From positions 32,001 through 96,000 of the IMG/VR virus record IMGVR_UViG_3300019757_000164: a stretch of DNA of 64,000 nt; one strand, 5' to 3'. Both the position numbers and the translations under genes were made by a program. The notes under the pieces were generated by a model. It was not told the origin of the DNA and did not search any database. It saw only the letters and a program-made list of their open reading frames with translations. How positions within the stretch are numbered: the first letter of the stretch is position 1; each line of letters begins with the position of its first letter. This stretch comes from a virus. Positions 12,042-23,668 of the stretch are shown here, piece after piece.

Positions 12042-12636
12042 CAATAATGATAAATTCACCATCAAGTGTATTTGAAACAATAATTGGGTAATTTACGTGT
12101 AATTCACTTTTGCAAGCCGATCTTACTGCATTGATGATAGCCTCTCTTTTATCGTCACAGTCATCATTATATTGATTCATGTATCCAATTGAATACTCCT
12201 CACCACTTCCAATACACGCAAAATCATCAACTTCTGTAACAGAACCATCAAAACACACATTGAATAGTTTGTCTTTATGTGCAAATAATACATTACTATC
12301 TAGCATATACCCATCCTGATCTTTGATTTTATTTGATGTTTGATATTCCTTTGCTACGCTGAATAGCTTTGGAACTACATTTTTCACCATATCTTTAAAG
12401 TCAAACTTTCCTTTTAATCTAGTTAACTCATTTATAAAACTATCTTGAACCTTTAAAGCATTCTGGTATTTTAGACTGCCAACGATACCGACAAGTGTAT
12501 TTGGCTCATCTTTTGGTTTCATTATTTTATAATTATTCATATTGGTTAGCGTGCTTTTATTCCACCCTCTACTTACTTGGCTATCACACGCCATCCACAC
12601 TCTATCTTCATCTTTAATTGCTACTACTACACTCAT
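12034..12636 (-). CDS. proteasome-beta/HslV-like Ntn hydrolase
   Basis: N-terminus (M)SVVVAI...MACDSQVS and CIGSGEEYS resemble the Ntn-hydrolase TT....DS and (A)IGSG motifs. Confidence 0.7.
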   Translation of the reverse strand: MSVVVAIKDEDRVWMACDSQVSRGWNKSTLTNMNNYKIMKPKDEPNTLVGIVGSLKYQNALKVQDSFINELTRLKGKFDFKDMVKNVVPKLFSVAKEYQTSNKIKDQDGYMLDSNVLFAHKDKLFNVCFDGSVTEVDDFACIGSGEEYSIGYMNQYNDDCDDKREAIINAVRSACKSELHVNYPIIVSNTLDGEFIIIEK

Positions 12637-12666
12637 ATATTCCTCCTTTTATTGATTTTGAGTTTA

Positions 12667-12744
12667 TAGTATTTCAAACCCTTACATCCCAATGTATGCA
12701 TATGACATAATTATGCATACATTTAGGTCAAATGGTGATTTTTA
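12667..12744. repeat. palindromic recombination-like site 9 (core 12693-12721, spacer GACATAA)
   Basis: TAGTATTTCAAA-N14-TGTATGCATAT-GACATAA-TTATGCATACA. Confidence 0.9.
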
Positions 12745-13142
12745 ATCTACGAATCTAACGTCGGCTGGGTACAAAGTATTGATTTCTCCATTATCAATCT
12801 CTACTATAGCAACTGACACCGCAAACCCATTTTCAAGATCTCCCGAGTCTTCCAATCCCCACTGATGGAACGTGGCTTTCACATACTTATCCTTGTAATG
12901 TGAATTAACACCCGTTTCTTTGTTGTATGGTACATATTCTCTAATGTTGACTTCTACTGCTCTCATTTTAAATCCTCCTTATTCAACCTCTTCGATTTCT
13001 ACGGTTCTGGCAAATTCCACCACATCTGTAAACAGCGCATTTAGATTCCCTTCAATATCATCCAAATATTCCTCATTAACATCCTCAAAAGTGATTACGT
13101 ATTTCTTTTCCATTTCTTCCTCCTTTCGTCAATTTAACTATA

Positions 13143-13207
13143 TATTATTTCTAACACTTTAACAGTCATGTAATCATAATTACCTCTTATGCACACAGTA
13201 GCCTCTA
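13143..13207. repeat. palindromic recombination-like site 10 (core 13169-13197, spacer TTACCTC)
   Basis: TATTATTTCTAA-N14-TGTAATCATAA-TTACCTC-TTATGCACACA. Confidence 0.85.
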
Positions 13208-14401
13208 ATCTAGTAAATCGACCAGATCACTGTGGTATATTTCAAACCACTCCATCAAATCTTGTATCTCCAAAGCTATACAATTGTGTTGTAAATTGAC
13301 ATCCTCTCCTCCTTCAGAGAAGTAATCATATCCAAGAATGTTTGTAAACTCTGATAGTTTGTAGAATGGAATCCACAATATAACCGATTGGCTTTCTTTT
13401 TCGATCCTGTATTCACAATTTGATATAAATTTAATCATTTTATATCCGCTTAAATCCATTTCACTCATGTTTACCTCCCTATAAAATTAATCTAAGTTGA
13501 TTTGATATAATTGACCCTTATAGTGATATGGTTCATATCCCAATTCTACAAGTTTTTCAAACGTGGTTTGACTTGTAATTCCAATTCTAAGATTGTTGCC
13601 TCGTGCATTTGATTTTTTTATGCAAGAAATGACATACTTTAATTCAAACCAATTATATAATTTAGAACATTTTTTTAATTTGGTTAAGTCTTCTTTTTTC
13701 ATTTTACTCTCCTTTCGTTTCCTTCATCCTTTGATATAATAATACCACCTATCAACATAGAAGTCAATAGGCGATTGAAAGTTTTTATTTATTCGGAAAT
13801 TTCTTTAAACAACAAGTACATAGCATAAAAGATCCATAGGATTATAATTTTCATACTGTCAAATATAACTTTGATTATTCCAAGTTCTTGATGTAATGCA
13901 TTCGGTAATCTAAAAAACACCAAAGCTACGAAATAAATAAGACCTATCATAAAATATCCAATTAAAAATAACATATTCACTCCTTTCTAATAGTTTGTTA
14001 TATTACGTGTATAGGTTATTAATAGATAAAATAACCATCTTTCATATCATTCCTCCATCTCTACTATATCAAAATACTCGTCAAACTTACTATCCTCTAC
14101 GCTTAAATCACCTTTTGGCAACTTAACATGGCTTTCATATTTACTTACACTGACGATGGGATAAGCATTGTCAAATTTTGATCCATACTTGGTATAACTT
14201 CTTTTGCAAACTGCTAAATATTTCATTTTTAATCCTCCTTTATGATTGTTTCCATTCAGTTAATTCAGTATACTCAGAATAATCAGATTTACATAGTTCA
14301 ACAGAGTAACCAACCATAGAAGATGTAGTTACGTCCAAAATCATATTATTGTCTTTTAATAGTTGATTAATTTCTTCCTTTACTTGATTTAATGTTTTCA
14401 T

Positions 14402-14839
14402 TTAATCCTCCTTAATAACCTCTAATACATCAATGTAATCTCCTTCACCATTGAATGCATTGTACAACTCGTACAAGGATAAGAAATTATCATTAAAGCA
14501 TCCGTTATACTTATTTCCACAACACCAATCAGTCTCATCCATTTTTGCTTGAATCAAGTTATAATCAATACCATCTTTGAATCCAATTCCAAATGAACCA
14601 CATTCAAAACAGATGTTACCATTCATTCCAAATAAGTCTACTTTGTCTCCTAGATATATTTCATCACAGTTCTTATCGTACATATTGGTGAATTGTGCGA
14701 TTGAATCTTCTTCAACTAAGTAATCATTCCAATGGTATTTAGTATACTCTCTGATTCTGTATGTGTCTTGAATCTTTATTATATCACCGTATACATATTT
14801 ATTAAAGTTCGTTGGTTTTGCTCTATATTTTCTGATCAT
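14402..14839 (-). CDS. YopX family protein
   Basis: MIRKYRAK...QFTNMYDKNCDEIYLGDKV...LEVI matches the YopX QyTG.kDknG.EIYEGDIv pattern. Confidence 0.75.
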   Translation of the reverse strand: MIRKYRAKPTNFNKYVYGDIIKIQDTYRIREYTKYHWNDYLVEEDSIAQFTNMYDKNCDEIYLGDKVDLFGMNGNICFECGSFGIGFKDGIDYNLIQAKMDETDWCCGNKYNGCFNDNFLSLYELYNAFNGEGDYIDVLEVIKED

Positions 14840-15441
14840 TTTTAATCCTCCTTTATCCTTTTTAAGCAGTTATTTCCCTATCAAAACTTTTATTACATTT
14901 ATTAAGTCTATAGTTTTTAATCTGATCATGCCTTCTTTATCACCATTTGGCATCACCCAATTATTATTTTTAATTTCTTCCATTGATTCTAATTTTTTTA
15001 TTTTTACACCGGCCTTTTTAAACCTTTCTTCTATTTTACCCATGTTATTATTTTACCTCGTTTCTTCTTTTAAATTTAGTTGGTTCGGAATCTGTTTGTG
15101 CAAAACAACTATCTAATGTATCGCATTTTCTATAGTTTTTGTATGGTTCTGAATTATGTACACATACAGAACAATATGTCTTTATGAAGTTTTTAGCACG
15201 TTCAATTGCTTCTATTTGTTCTTTAGAATATTTGATAGCATACTCTAATGCTATTTTTTCTGTTTTCCCAAAGCAATACGCTGTTCCACTACCATTTGGT
15301 TTGTCTATGATTGCATACACACCCGTTAGTGGATCATGTGTAAATTTGTCATATGTTCTTACATTATACTCAAAACCTTTGAATATTGTCAGTTTTTCTA
15401 ATTGTTTAATTAAATTTCTATTTCCCATAAATTCCTCCTTT

Positions 15442-15522
15442 TTAAATTCCCAATGGTTTCATCCTATTTAATGCATAAGGATATATTATAGTTACATTAG
15501 GTTCAAAGTATTGCAACTACAT
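15442..15522. repeat. palindromic recombination-like site 11 (core 15468-15496, spacer GGATATA)
   Basis: TTAAATTCCCAA-N14-TTAATGCATAA-GGATATA-TTATAGTTACA-N14-TTGCAACTACA. Confidence 0.85.
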
Positions 15523-17181
15523 TATTCCACAATCGGCGTTACAGTCACTTCCATTTCTAACCCAACAATTGTGTCATGGTTACATTCGAATACTAAATCT
15601 ATTTTTCTTTCTATTTTACCACATTCACCGTATCCAACACAGCTAAAATATTCATTTCTTATTGTGAACTCTTTAGATATGATTAAATCTTGGTCATTTG
15701 AATAAATATAATGTTTATCTTCGTAGTCATCCCAATTATATTTAACATTTACATTCCATTTTCTGACTTTTTCTTTATCAGATTTTGTTAATTTGTCTAA
15801 CACGTATGCATACACTCTTGATGCTTCACCGTCTGAGATAGTTACATATGTACCACACAACCCTCTCACATCTATCATTATCTATTCTCCTTTCGATTTA
15901 TCATTATCCTTTATCTCTTTTAAGATATCAGACAAGTATGTAATTATTCCAAATCCAGTTACACTAATCATCATAATAGTCCAAAATTCTCCAGTTGTAA
16001 ATCTATCACAACCGAAGTATCCGATTCCAATAAATACCATGTAAAATAAAATCATTCCTCTAAACATATCTATTCTCCTTTCAATTCTAATCCTAAGTAC
16101 TCTCTACCTTCATTCAACTCTATTCTAAATCTATCTTTCTTATAAACCTGCAATGTGTTCATCTCAGATATTAAGAATTTCACAACTCTAAGATCAAAAC
16201 TAATATCTTCTACATTTCTAAAGAAATCATATCGATTAGTCATAAAATCTCTCACCGCATTCCTTCTTTTAAAGTTTGTTTCATCGATATCCATAAGCTT
16301 CTCGTACAATCTATATAGCCAGTATGATATAGTATTATCATTTATATCATCAATATTACAGCCAATAATACGTGCTACAATCACATAAATTGATTCTACG
16401 GTAGTTTCATATTTGTAACTTCTAAAGTGTCCCTTACAAGCCAAAATCAGTGCTTGCTCGTAGTCTTTTAATTTATATACATTCATATCTATTCTCCTCT
16501 CAATAATTTACTCAATAATTTTGGTGATCTTTTAAAATACATGATCAAATCTTCGTTAAATTTAACATCATTGTCTGTTTTCTGATCCCATAGCTCGATA
16601 TAATAAACATTATTATTTTCATCATTGTTACTTACTTTGAATAAAAACTCTGGAATAGTATGATGCTCTTTACAAATGGTATAGCATTGATAAGATATTT
16701 CTCCATCATATTCATATGGAGGGTTAGTAGACAGCATCGCAATTTCTCCACTATCCTTTAAAAATACAACCAATTTGTTTGGGTATGTTGTAAACTTTTG
16801 TAAATCCTTATTTAATCTTATACTTGTAAACGTATGCAATGTATTGTTATCTTTCATCTTTAACCTCCTCAAGTCGTTTTGTTTATTTCTAATACAATAA
16901 TAACAGAAAAAACCGCCCATTGCAAGCGATTTTTAAAAGTTTTTTATTTAATTATAAAGTAAACTCATCAGAATCGATTTGTACTGCAATAAATTTCTTT
17001 TCAATGATCCATAAATAACCTTCAGATGTTTTCAATCTATGAGTCGTATTGCTATTATAGAAGTGTGTCACCCCATTAATAGTCAATTTTGATCCATCTG
17101 AGTAATGATATACTCTTGATCTCTCAATGTGTTTAAGTTTTTGTAGTTCCATAAATACCTCTCTTTCTTATTTTCACTTTA

Positions 17182-17262
17182 TAGTAATACCAACACCTTA
17201 TCTCTAGTGTGTGCATATTTATTAGTTATCAACACAATCACCTCTAACCCTTGCAAATGCTA
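17182..17262. repeat. palindromic recombination-like site 12 (core 17208-17236, spacer TTATTAG)
   Basis: TAGTAATACCAA-N14-TGTGTGCATAT-TTATTAG-TTATCAACACA-N14-TTGCAAATGCTA; both outer arms present. Confidence 0.9.
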
Positions 17263-17340
17263 GATGGTGATATTTCTTAGGTAGTGCCCTCTAATGAGAA
17301 CAAGTTTACTAAGCTAGCCCCGCAGTCCCTACGGTTAATA
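17230..17340 (-). ncRNA. putative TnpB omegaRNA (reRNA) 3' scaffold
   Basis: Overlaps the tnpB 3' end: ACCGTAGGGACTGCGGGGCTAGCTTAGTAAACTT...CTAAGAA, then a terminal hairpin ATCACC-A-TCTAGC...GTTAGA-GGTGAT (17237-17271); position is as expected for IS200/IS605 omegaRNAs; boundaries approximate. Confidence 0.55.
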
Positions 17341-18412
17341 TATTCATACTTGCGTTTAGGTCACGGTCTATAGATAGACCACATTCTTCGCAATTATAAA
17401 CCCTTTCATTTAATGTTAATTTTTCTTTTACGTTTCCACACTTACTACAGGTTTTAGATGATGGATACCACCTATCAATTATAACTAACTCTTTCTCATA
17501 CCACAAACACTTGTACTCAAGTTGTCTTCTGAACTCTCCAAAGCTTGCATCACTTATAGATTTTGCCAAACAGTGGTTCTTTTTCATGCCATCTGCGTTC
17601 AAGTCTTCTATAACAATTGCATCATAATTATTTACTAAGTAATCAGTCACTGAATGTATATATGAAAACCTACAATTAGCAATCTTTTCATGAATTCTAG
17701 CAACTTTTACACGTTGTTTCTCTCTGTTTTTTGAGCCTTTTTTCATTTTAGAGAATTTACGCTGTGCTTTAGATAATTTTTCTTCGTATTTTCTATAATA
17801 TTTTGGATTTTCAAATATAACTCCATCACTCAAAGTGGCAAATTCTTTTATTCCTAAATCTACGCCAACCTTTTTATTAGTCTTAGGCTTGGGTTTCACC
17901 TCGACCTCACAACACAGGTTGGCAAAATATTTACCACTTCTTGTCTTGACGACTGTTACATTATTTATTTTCATGTTATTAGAAAACACAAATGATTGTC
18001 TAAACTTTACATATCCCATTTTAGGCAACTGAACTCTATTATTGTTGAATTTTACTGATCTGCCACTCACCCTATAAGACCACTTTGCTCTGTGTTTTGA
18101 TTTAAACTTCGGAAATCCTCGACTGTGCTTGAAAAAGTTTTTATAAGCAATATCTAAGTCCTTCAGTGCATTTTGACATACAGCAGAATCTATGTCGTAC
18201 AACCAATTATTTTCTTTCTTGAAGTCAACCAACTCAGATGAGTCTCTGTAATAATTACTGTTCTGACCATAGTATTCATATTCTTTGATTCTTATATCTA
18301 GGAAATTATTAAATACAAATCGGCTTGCTCCAATTGATCTATTTATATTCAATTCTTGTGTCTTATTTGGGTATATTCTTAATTTATAAGTTTTGTTTAC
18401 TATGCATACCAC
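17309..18412 (-). CDS. tnpB: RNA-guided endonuclease TnpB (IS200/IS605 family), no TnpA in the window
   Basis: N-terminal YKLRIYPN HTH; RuvC-I GVDLG, RuvC-II IEDL, zinc finger CSKC..CEEC, RuvC-III DRDLNAS; catalytic D-E-D intact. Confidence 0.95.
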   Translation of the reverse strand: MVCIVNKTYKLRIYPNKTQELNINRSIGASRFVFNNFLDIRIKEYEYYGQNSNYYRDSSELVDFKKENNWLYDIDSAVCQNALKDLDIAYKNFFKHSRGFPKFKSKHRAKWSYRVSGRSVKFNNNRVQLPKMGYVKFRQSFVFSNNMKINNVTVVKTRSGKYFANLCCEVEVKPKPKTNKKVGVDLGIKEFATLSDGVIFENPKYYRKYEEKLSKAQRKFSKMKKGSKNREKQRVKVARIHEKIANCRFSYIHSVTDYLVNNYDAIVIEDLNADGMKKNHCLAKSISDASFGEFRRQLEYKCLWYEKELVIIDRWYPSSKTCSKCGNVKEKLTLNERVYNCEECGLSIDRDLNASMNILTVGTAGLA

Positions 18413-18420
18413 CTCCTTTG

Positions 18421-18480
18421 TGTTATTTCATTTCACATTGTAATCATAATGTTCTATTATACATACAATAGCTTAAACTA
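18421..18480. repeat. palindromic recombination-like site 13 (core 18439-18467, spacer TGTTCTA)
   Basis: TGTAATCATAA-TGTTCTA-TTATACATACA, immediately upstream of the tnpB RBS; outer arm degenerate. Confidence 0.8.
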
Positions 18481-18815
18481 TTCACCACCGTTATATAAGA
18501 AACATTCTTGATCTTTAAAAGATTCTAGCATATTGCAAAACGCATCTAGTAACTTTGTAGTATAGCTAGATATTAAATTGTCTGCACAGCACAGTTCTTC
18601 AACTTCATCTATTCCAGCAGTTAAAGTCCCCCATATGACACTACATTCTTCCTCATCGACATTAAATCCTTGACCTCCATTTGACCTAAGTAACTGTGTC
18701 TCAGATAGAAGCTCAGACTTTAGCTCTCCTAAACTCCATCCTTCTTGATTCCTAATAAAATTTACGATCACATCAATTGTATCATTGTTCATTTTTACAT
18801 CCATAAATATCCTCC

Positions 18816-18887
18816 TTTCCTATTTTAGCCATTTATAGGCATTTTTTGATAATCACTAATTATCGTTACAATTACTGTGTATTTTTA
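18816..18887. repeat. degenerate site 14 (core 18842-18870, spacer TCACTAA)
   Basis: TTTTTTGATAA-TCACTAA-TTATCGTTACA between a stop (18885) and an RBS (about 18811). Confidence 0.6.
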
Positions 18888-19945
18888 AAAATTATTCTTC
18901 CAATATTTAGAGATCATCCACATTATTACGTAGAAATGATATTTATTATTTACGCCAAAAGTAAAATGTGTTTTAGATTCATTATAAGATTTGAATACTC
19001 TTTCATCTTTGAATCCATACAAGAAATTCGGCACAGCCTCAATATCAAATAAATCTTTGAAATCTAGTACTATTGGTAATTTACTCTCTACAGATACATA
19101 ATACCCATAAAAGTTATTTCCAATTGTTAGAACTAGATCATCTTTCCCATCAGCATAGATTCTATACACTGGAAGATTAATGGATTTTGAACGATGGTTT
19201 CCATCAACAACACAAACTTTTCTAAATACATTTTTATATCTTTCATAATCTTCATACAAGTCACAGTTAATATTGTAGAACAAGCCTTTTGCGATATCAT
19301 CTCTAATGTAGCACACTTGATTAGAAAACGCATCTTTGTAATGCATAGTATCGTTTACATCATTAAGCCTAACCCACGTTGTTACATCTAGGATTATATT
19401 ATTTTTCTCATAATATTCTAAGAAATCTGATGTGTTCTTATTTTCCCAATATTCTTTTTTATACTCTGGATTGTAAAACTCCATATCTTTTAATTCTGCA
19501 TAGCTTATTTTATTCATAATTCCTCCTTAACCATCAAAACCCAATTACAAAATCCCACGTTGAAATGATATCGTCTAACTCGCACTTTGTAATACATTCT
19601 TCTAAAATTCTTCCAGCTTTATCAACAGCTGTCATTTCATCATGAATTAACAAAATGGTCTTCCCGTGATGATAAATTGTACCACATGGCATCTTCTTTT
19701 TTAACAACTCAATAAATTCATTGAATGGTTCATATTCTCTTACAAGTGGTTTGATGTTATTATACCCACTTAAAACACCCTTTGCATCTAGGTCACACAC
19801 CCAGTCAGACTCTTTGTCAAATGTTAGTAATGCTGGTGTTCCGTTGTATGTATCAAGTACCAATAAGTCGCCTTCATGCACTCCACCTTTATTTATCGTA
19901 TCCTTGCATCTAAATTGTACCTCATATAGTTTCATAAAGCCTCCT

Positions 19946-20025
19946 TTCAATTTTCAACGTTTATCCACACTGTATGTATAATAAAGTATTATACATTAAT
20001 GGTGCTTAAAGCGTTGCGATTACTT
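19946..20025. repeat. palindromic recombination-like site 15 (core 19971-19999, spacer TAAAGTA)
   Basis: TTCAATTTTCAA-N13-TGTATGTATAA-TAAAGTA-TTATACATTAA-N14-TTGCGATTAC. Confidence 0.87.
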
Positions 20026-20700
20026 GTTTAATATTTTTCTACACTCTTCATTTGCTTGATCGATTTTTTGCTGTGTTAAAATCTTATATGGAACCTCTTT
20101 ACTATCTTCGTCTAATTTTAAGAACCACAAGAATCTATCCGACCAATCTGCTTCTACAAATTCTCCATCTGATTCTAGTGTATATAATTTCGTGAACAGT
20201 CCTTCTCTAACATCTATGTCAAAATAATAAACTTGTGTCTCTTGATTATACCCATGAGAACACCTTACGCCGTTAAATGCTTCGTATCCATTTAATTCAG
20301 TTTTGTAGTGTCCATACAGTGATCCGGAATTAATACTTGTCATATTTGAATAACTTTGACTCCAAATAACCAAATTCTTTTCTGGATGATAATATAGTAT
20401 AACTTCTTCAGTTGATCCTTCATATTTGTTATATTCGTATACTTCTGAGTATCCTTCTTTGAATCCATGGATTTCTAGTAATGACTTAAACTGATTCCAG
20501 TCCATACCCCAATGTGTATCGCCTGTTTCTTTTAGTGCGTATCTTTTTCTTTCGTTCATCATAATTTGAAGACCAATTGATTTCATGTTTTCGTCATGAT
20601 CAAATTCAGACCAATGTTTATTTGAAATTTTCTCAACCTCATGAATAACATCTGTGTTCAATATATCTAATACTTGTTTATTTTTCATATCAATTCTCCT

Positions 20701-20734
20701 TTCATTAATTGCGGTCAAAGTGTTGGAAATACTA
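20701..20734. repeat. right half-site of the palindromic repeat
   Basis: CATTAA-N14-TTGGAAATACTA (exact reverse complement of the consensus outer arm); left half absent. Confidence 0.75.
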
Positions 20735-22779
20735 CATTACTTACTTTCCCACATCAGATGCTCACACCAATTATATTCATCTTCTTTTCCACCAACTGAC
20801 CAACTTGGATATGTATACATATCACTGAAACATTCATTTTTGTTTGTGATCAATACCTCTTTGTTATATGAGCTGATTTTTATAAGTGCATCTTCAATGA
20901 TAATCCTGTCTGACAGTCTACATATAAAATTCATAAATTCCTTAAATGTTTCTTCAAATTCTCTGTCACGTAATGAGCCGTCTACAACTAGTATATACTG
21001 GTCTTGAGTTCTCAACCATCCACCTCTTCTATTGTTGTTGCCATACCAATCTAATAGGTTGTCTGTTCTCCATCCATACTCATCGAATGATGAACTACTA
21101 TTGAATCCATCCTTCTGTATTACATATTTACTCATGTCTTTCTCACTTCCAGTAACTAGAGGTAAGTGATTTAACACAGTATCTAAGATATATCTTTTTT
21201 CAGCCTGTGTTCTGCCCATTGGCGATAATGTTATTGTTCCGTTTACATAAGTCCAAGCACTCATTTCAATTCTCCTTTCATAGTTAACTTTCTATCTAAG
21301 ACAAGTATATACTAAAATAGAGCCAATGTAAAGCCCTATTTAAAAGTTTTTTATTTAATTATATTAATTGTCATTTTTCATAACTTCTCTCCAAGTATCT
21401 CTATTTGAAAAGTATTCTTTTAAGAATTCCATGAATTCTTCTTTGTCAATTTTATCTCCATATCCTTCTACAAAATCTTCGATATCTTCAAAGAACATAG
21501 TCTCATAACTTTGCTGTTGAGCACTATTGATTTCAGATATATACACATTTTTATCATATGTGCTCTTACTTAGTTTACCATTTGTACACTCATATGCAAT
21601 GCTTGAAATTGTGTCGTGACAATTGTATAAGAAGAACGCAAGCATTAATTGTTGCTCATCTTTATCATATACCCCATAAAATTCTTCCATGTGCTCAATT
21701 TGATCGCTCAGATACTCTTTCATATCCTCTTTTGATTCTAAAAACTTATCAATTCCTTTTTTATACACGGCTTACTCCTTTCGCATACTCGCAGTATTCA
21801 TCCCATGTCATATCTAAATATTCATTAATAGGTAGACATGAATCAGATTTATGCCATTCTTCAATTTTCTTTTCGATTTCTTCATCTCTGCTGTTCAATA
21901 CTTCATTTTTATATTTTTCTAGTAAAAAACCGTTTGAAAAAGTATTCATATTTCCTCCTTTGTTTTGTATAGATTTACTTGCATAAAATTATATCCAATT
22001 TTACCATCTTGTCTTGGGCAAAGATTCTTTTTTCTAAAGTTGAAATGAATAAAATTAGTTGTAGCATCATCTATATCATGGTAATATGGACACCCTCTTG
22101 AATATATACAGAATGATAAATCACATCTAAATCTATCTTCTATATTATCAGACATCATATCTTGATAGTTTTTAGTTTCTTTCGTATAGTATTTTGGTTT
22201 AAACATATTGCCTCCATTTTTTTTATTTCAACAATCCCTCGTATCTAATCATTTAGCCCTACTTAATACAATATTAATTTAAATAACTTTGATCCTTCAA
22301 TATGTTTACTTGCCACATTTCTAATGCAATCCATTTCGATCCATCTTGTGATATAAGAATTGATTCCTCATCTTCAAACAAATGACAATCATTATCTCCA
22401 TCAATCCAAATTCCTTTTCCCTTAGAAATTGCAAATTCTACATTGTGTAGATCAATAAACTCAACAACCTCAGATGGTGTTTCATTATCTTTGTTTAAAT
22501 AACTCTCTAATTCCTCATAAGTAATAACTAAATATTTCATATAAACCTCCTTATATAATTCATTCACAATTTTCATGCCAAACTACTTGTCCACTCATAT
22601 GTGTAAAATATTCCTCTTCAGAGCCATCTTTGATCTCTTTTTGGCATCTATCACCTAGGAAAACGAATGTTTTAGTCAATACAATTTCTCCAGTTTTGTA
22701 TTCGTAGCAGTCATAAGATATGTGGTGATATATCCATTCTTTTATTTTAGAAATAAATTTAACCATATAATTCCTCCTT

Positions 22780-22851
22780 TCCAATTTTCAACGTTTCGTC
22801 TTATTGTGTGCATATTGAGGTAATCTACACACAATGACTTCAAGATGTCTA
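22780..22851. repeat. palindromic recombination-like site 16 (core 22805-22833, spacer TGAGGTA)
   Basis: TCCAATTTTCAA-N13-TGTGTGCATAT-TGAGGTA-ATCTACACACA. Confidence 0.85.
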
Positions 22852-23668
22852 TTTTACATAGTTCTTATATCTGTCATCTTCATCATTAAAACACACAAAC
22901 GCCATGCCACAAAGATCACCGAGTGGACACACATCGCAATCTCCATCTTTCATTTCTTCACAAGCTTTATTTAATATATCTAGTGCTTCTTTGATATTAT
23001 CTCTATTCATTTAACCCTCCTTTTCTTGTTTAAAGAACCTATTATGTACATCTTACCACTTATTACAAAACTCTTCTTTCTTGAAAACTAATAGCACTTC
23101 TTGTTTTTTAACTCCAATCAATTTAATATCTTTTAATTTATTGTTTGAGTAATTTGATATCGTATTGCTTGCCTCAAGAGCACTAGTTCTACCGCTTTGT
23201 ACTATTACAAATACATATTTACCAATATATTCTTTTCTACAATAATAATATAAGCTCATGTCCAAACAAGTTGCGTTATTTAATTCTTTAATAAAACTAT
23301 TGTATGAATCATCATCACCTAAAACTAATGTATAGAAGTGTGATAATTGTGGATTTCTTAGATATTTATTGCTTATCCTTAAATTTAAATACTTTAATCC
23401 TTCTATTTTCATTTATTCCTCCTTTCAAACCAGCTCCTGAGTTTTTACATTAACTAATACTTCTTCAAACATATCAATATGAAAATTGATTAAGTTTAAA
23501 TTTACACTATCTCCGGTTTTTAAATCTTTAAAATCCGCAAAAATATAAACAATTATACGACCCGTATTTAAATTTTTAAAACCCGGTCTGATGTCATTAT
23601 AAATATCTTCTGATTCAATTAATTCTGCTATTCTATTTAACACGTCTCTTAATTTCATAATTGCCTCC

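Noticed and set aside
17309-18412. Cas12f/type V CRISPR effector or complete IS605 element
   Set aside because: No CRISPR array or cas1/cas2, and no tnpA in the window; it reads as a solo TnpB
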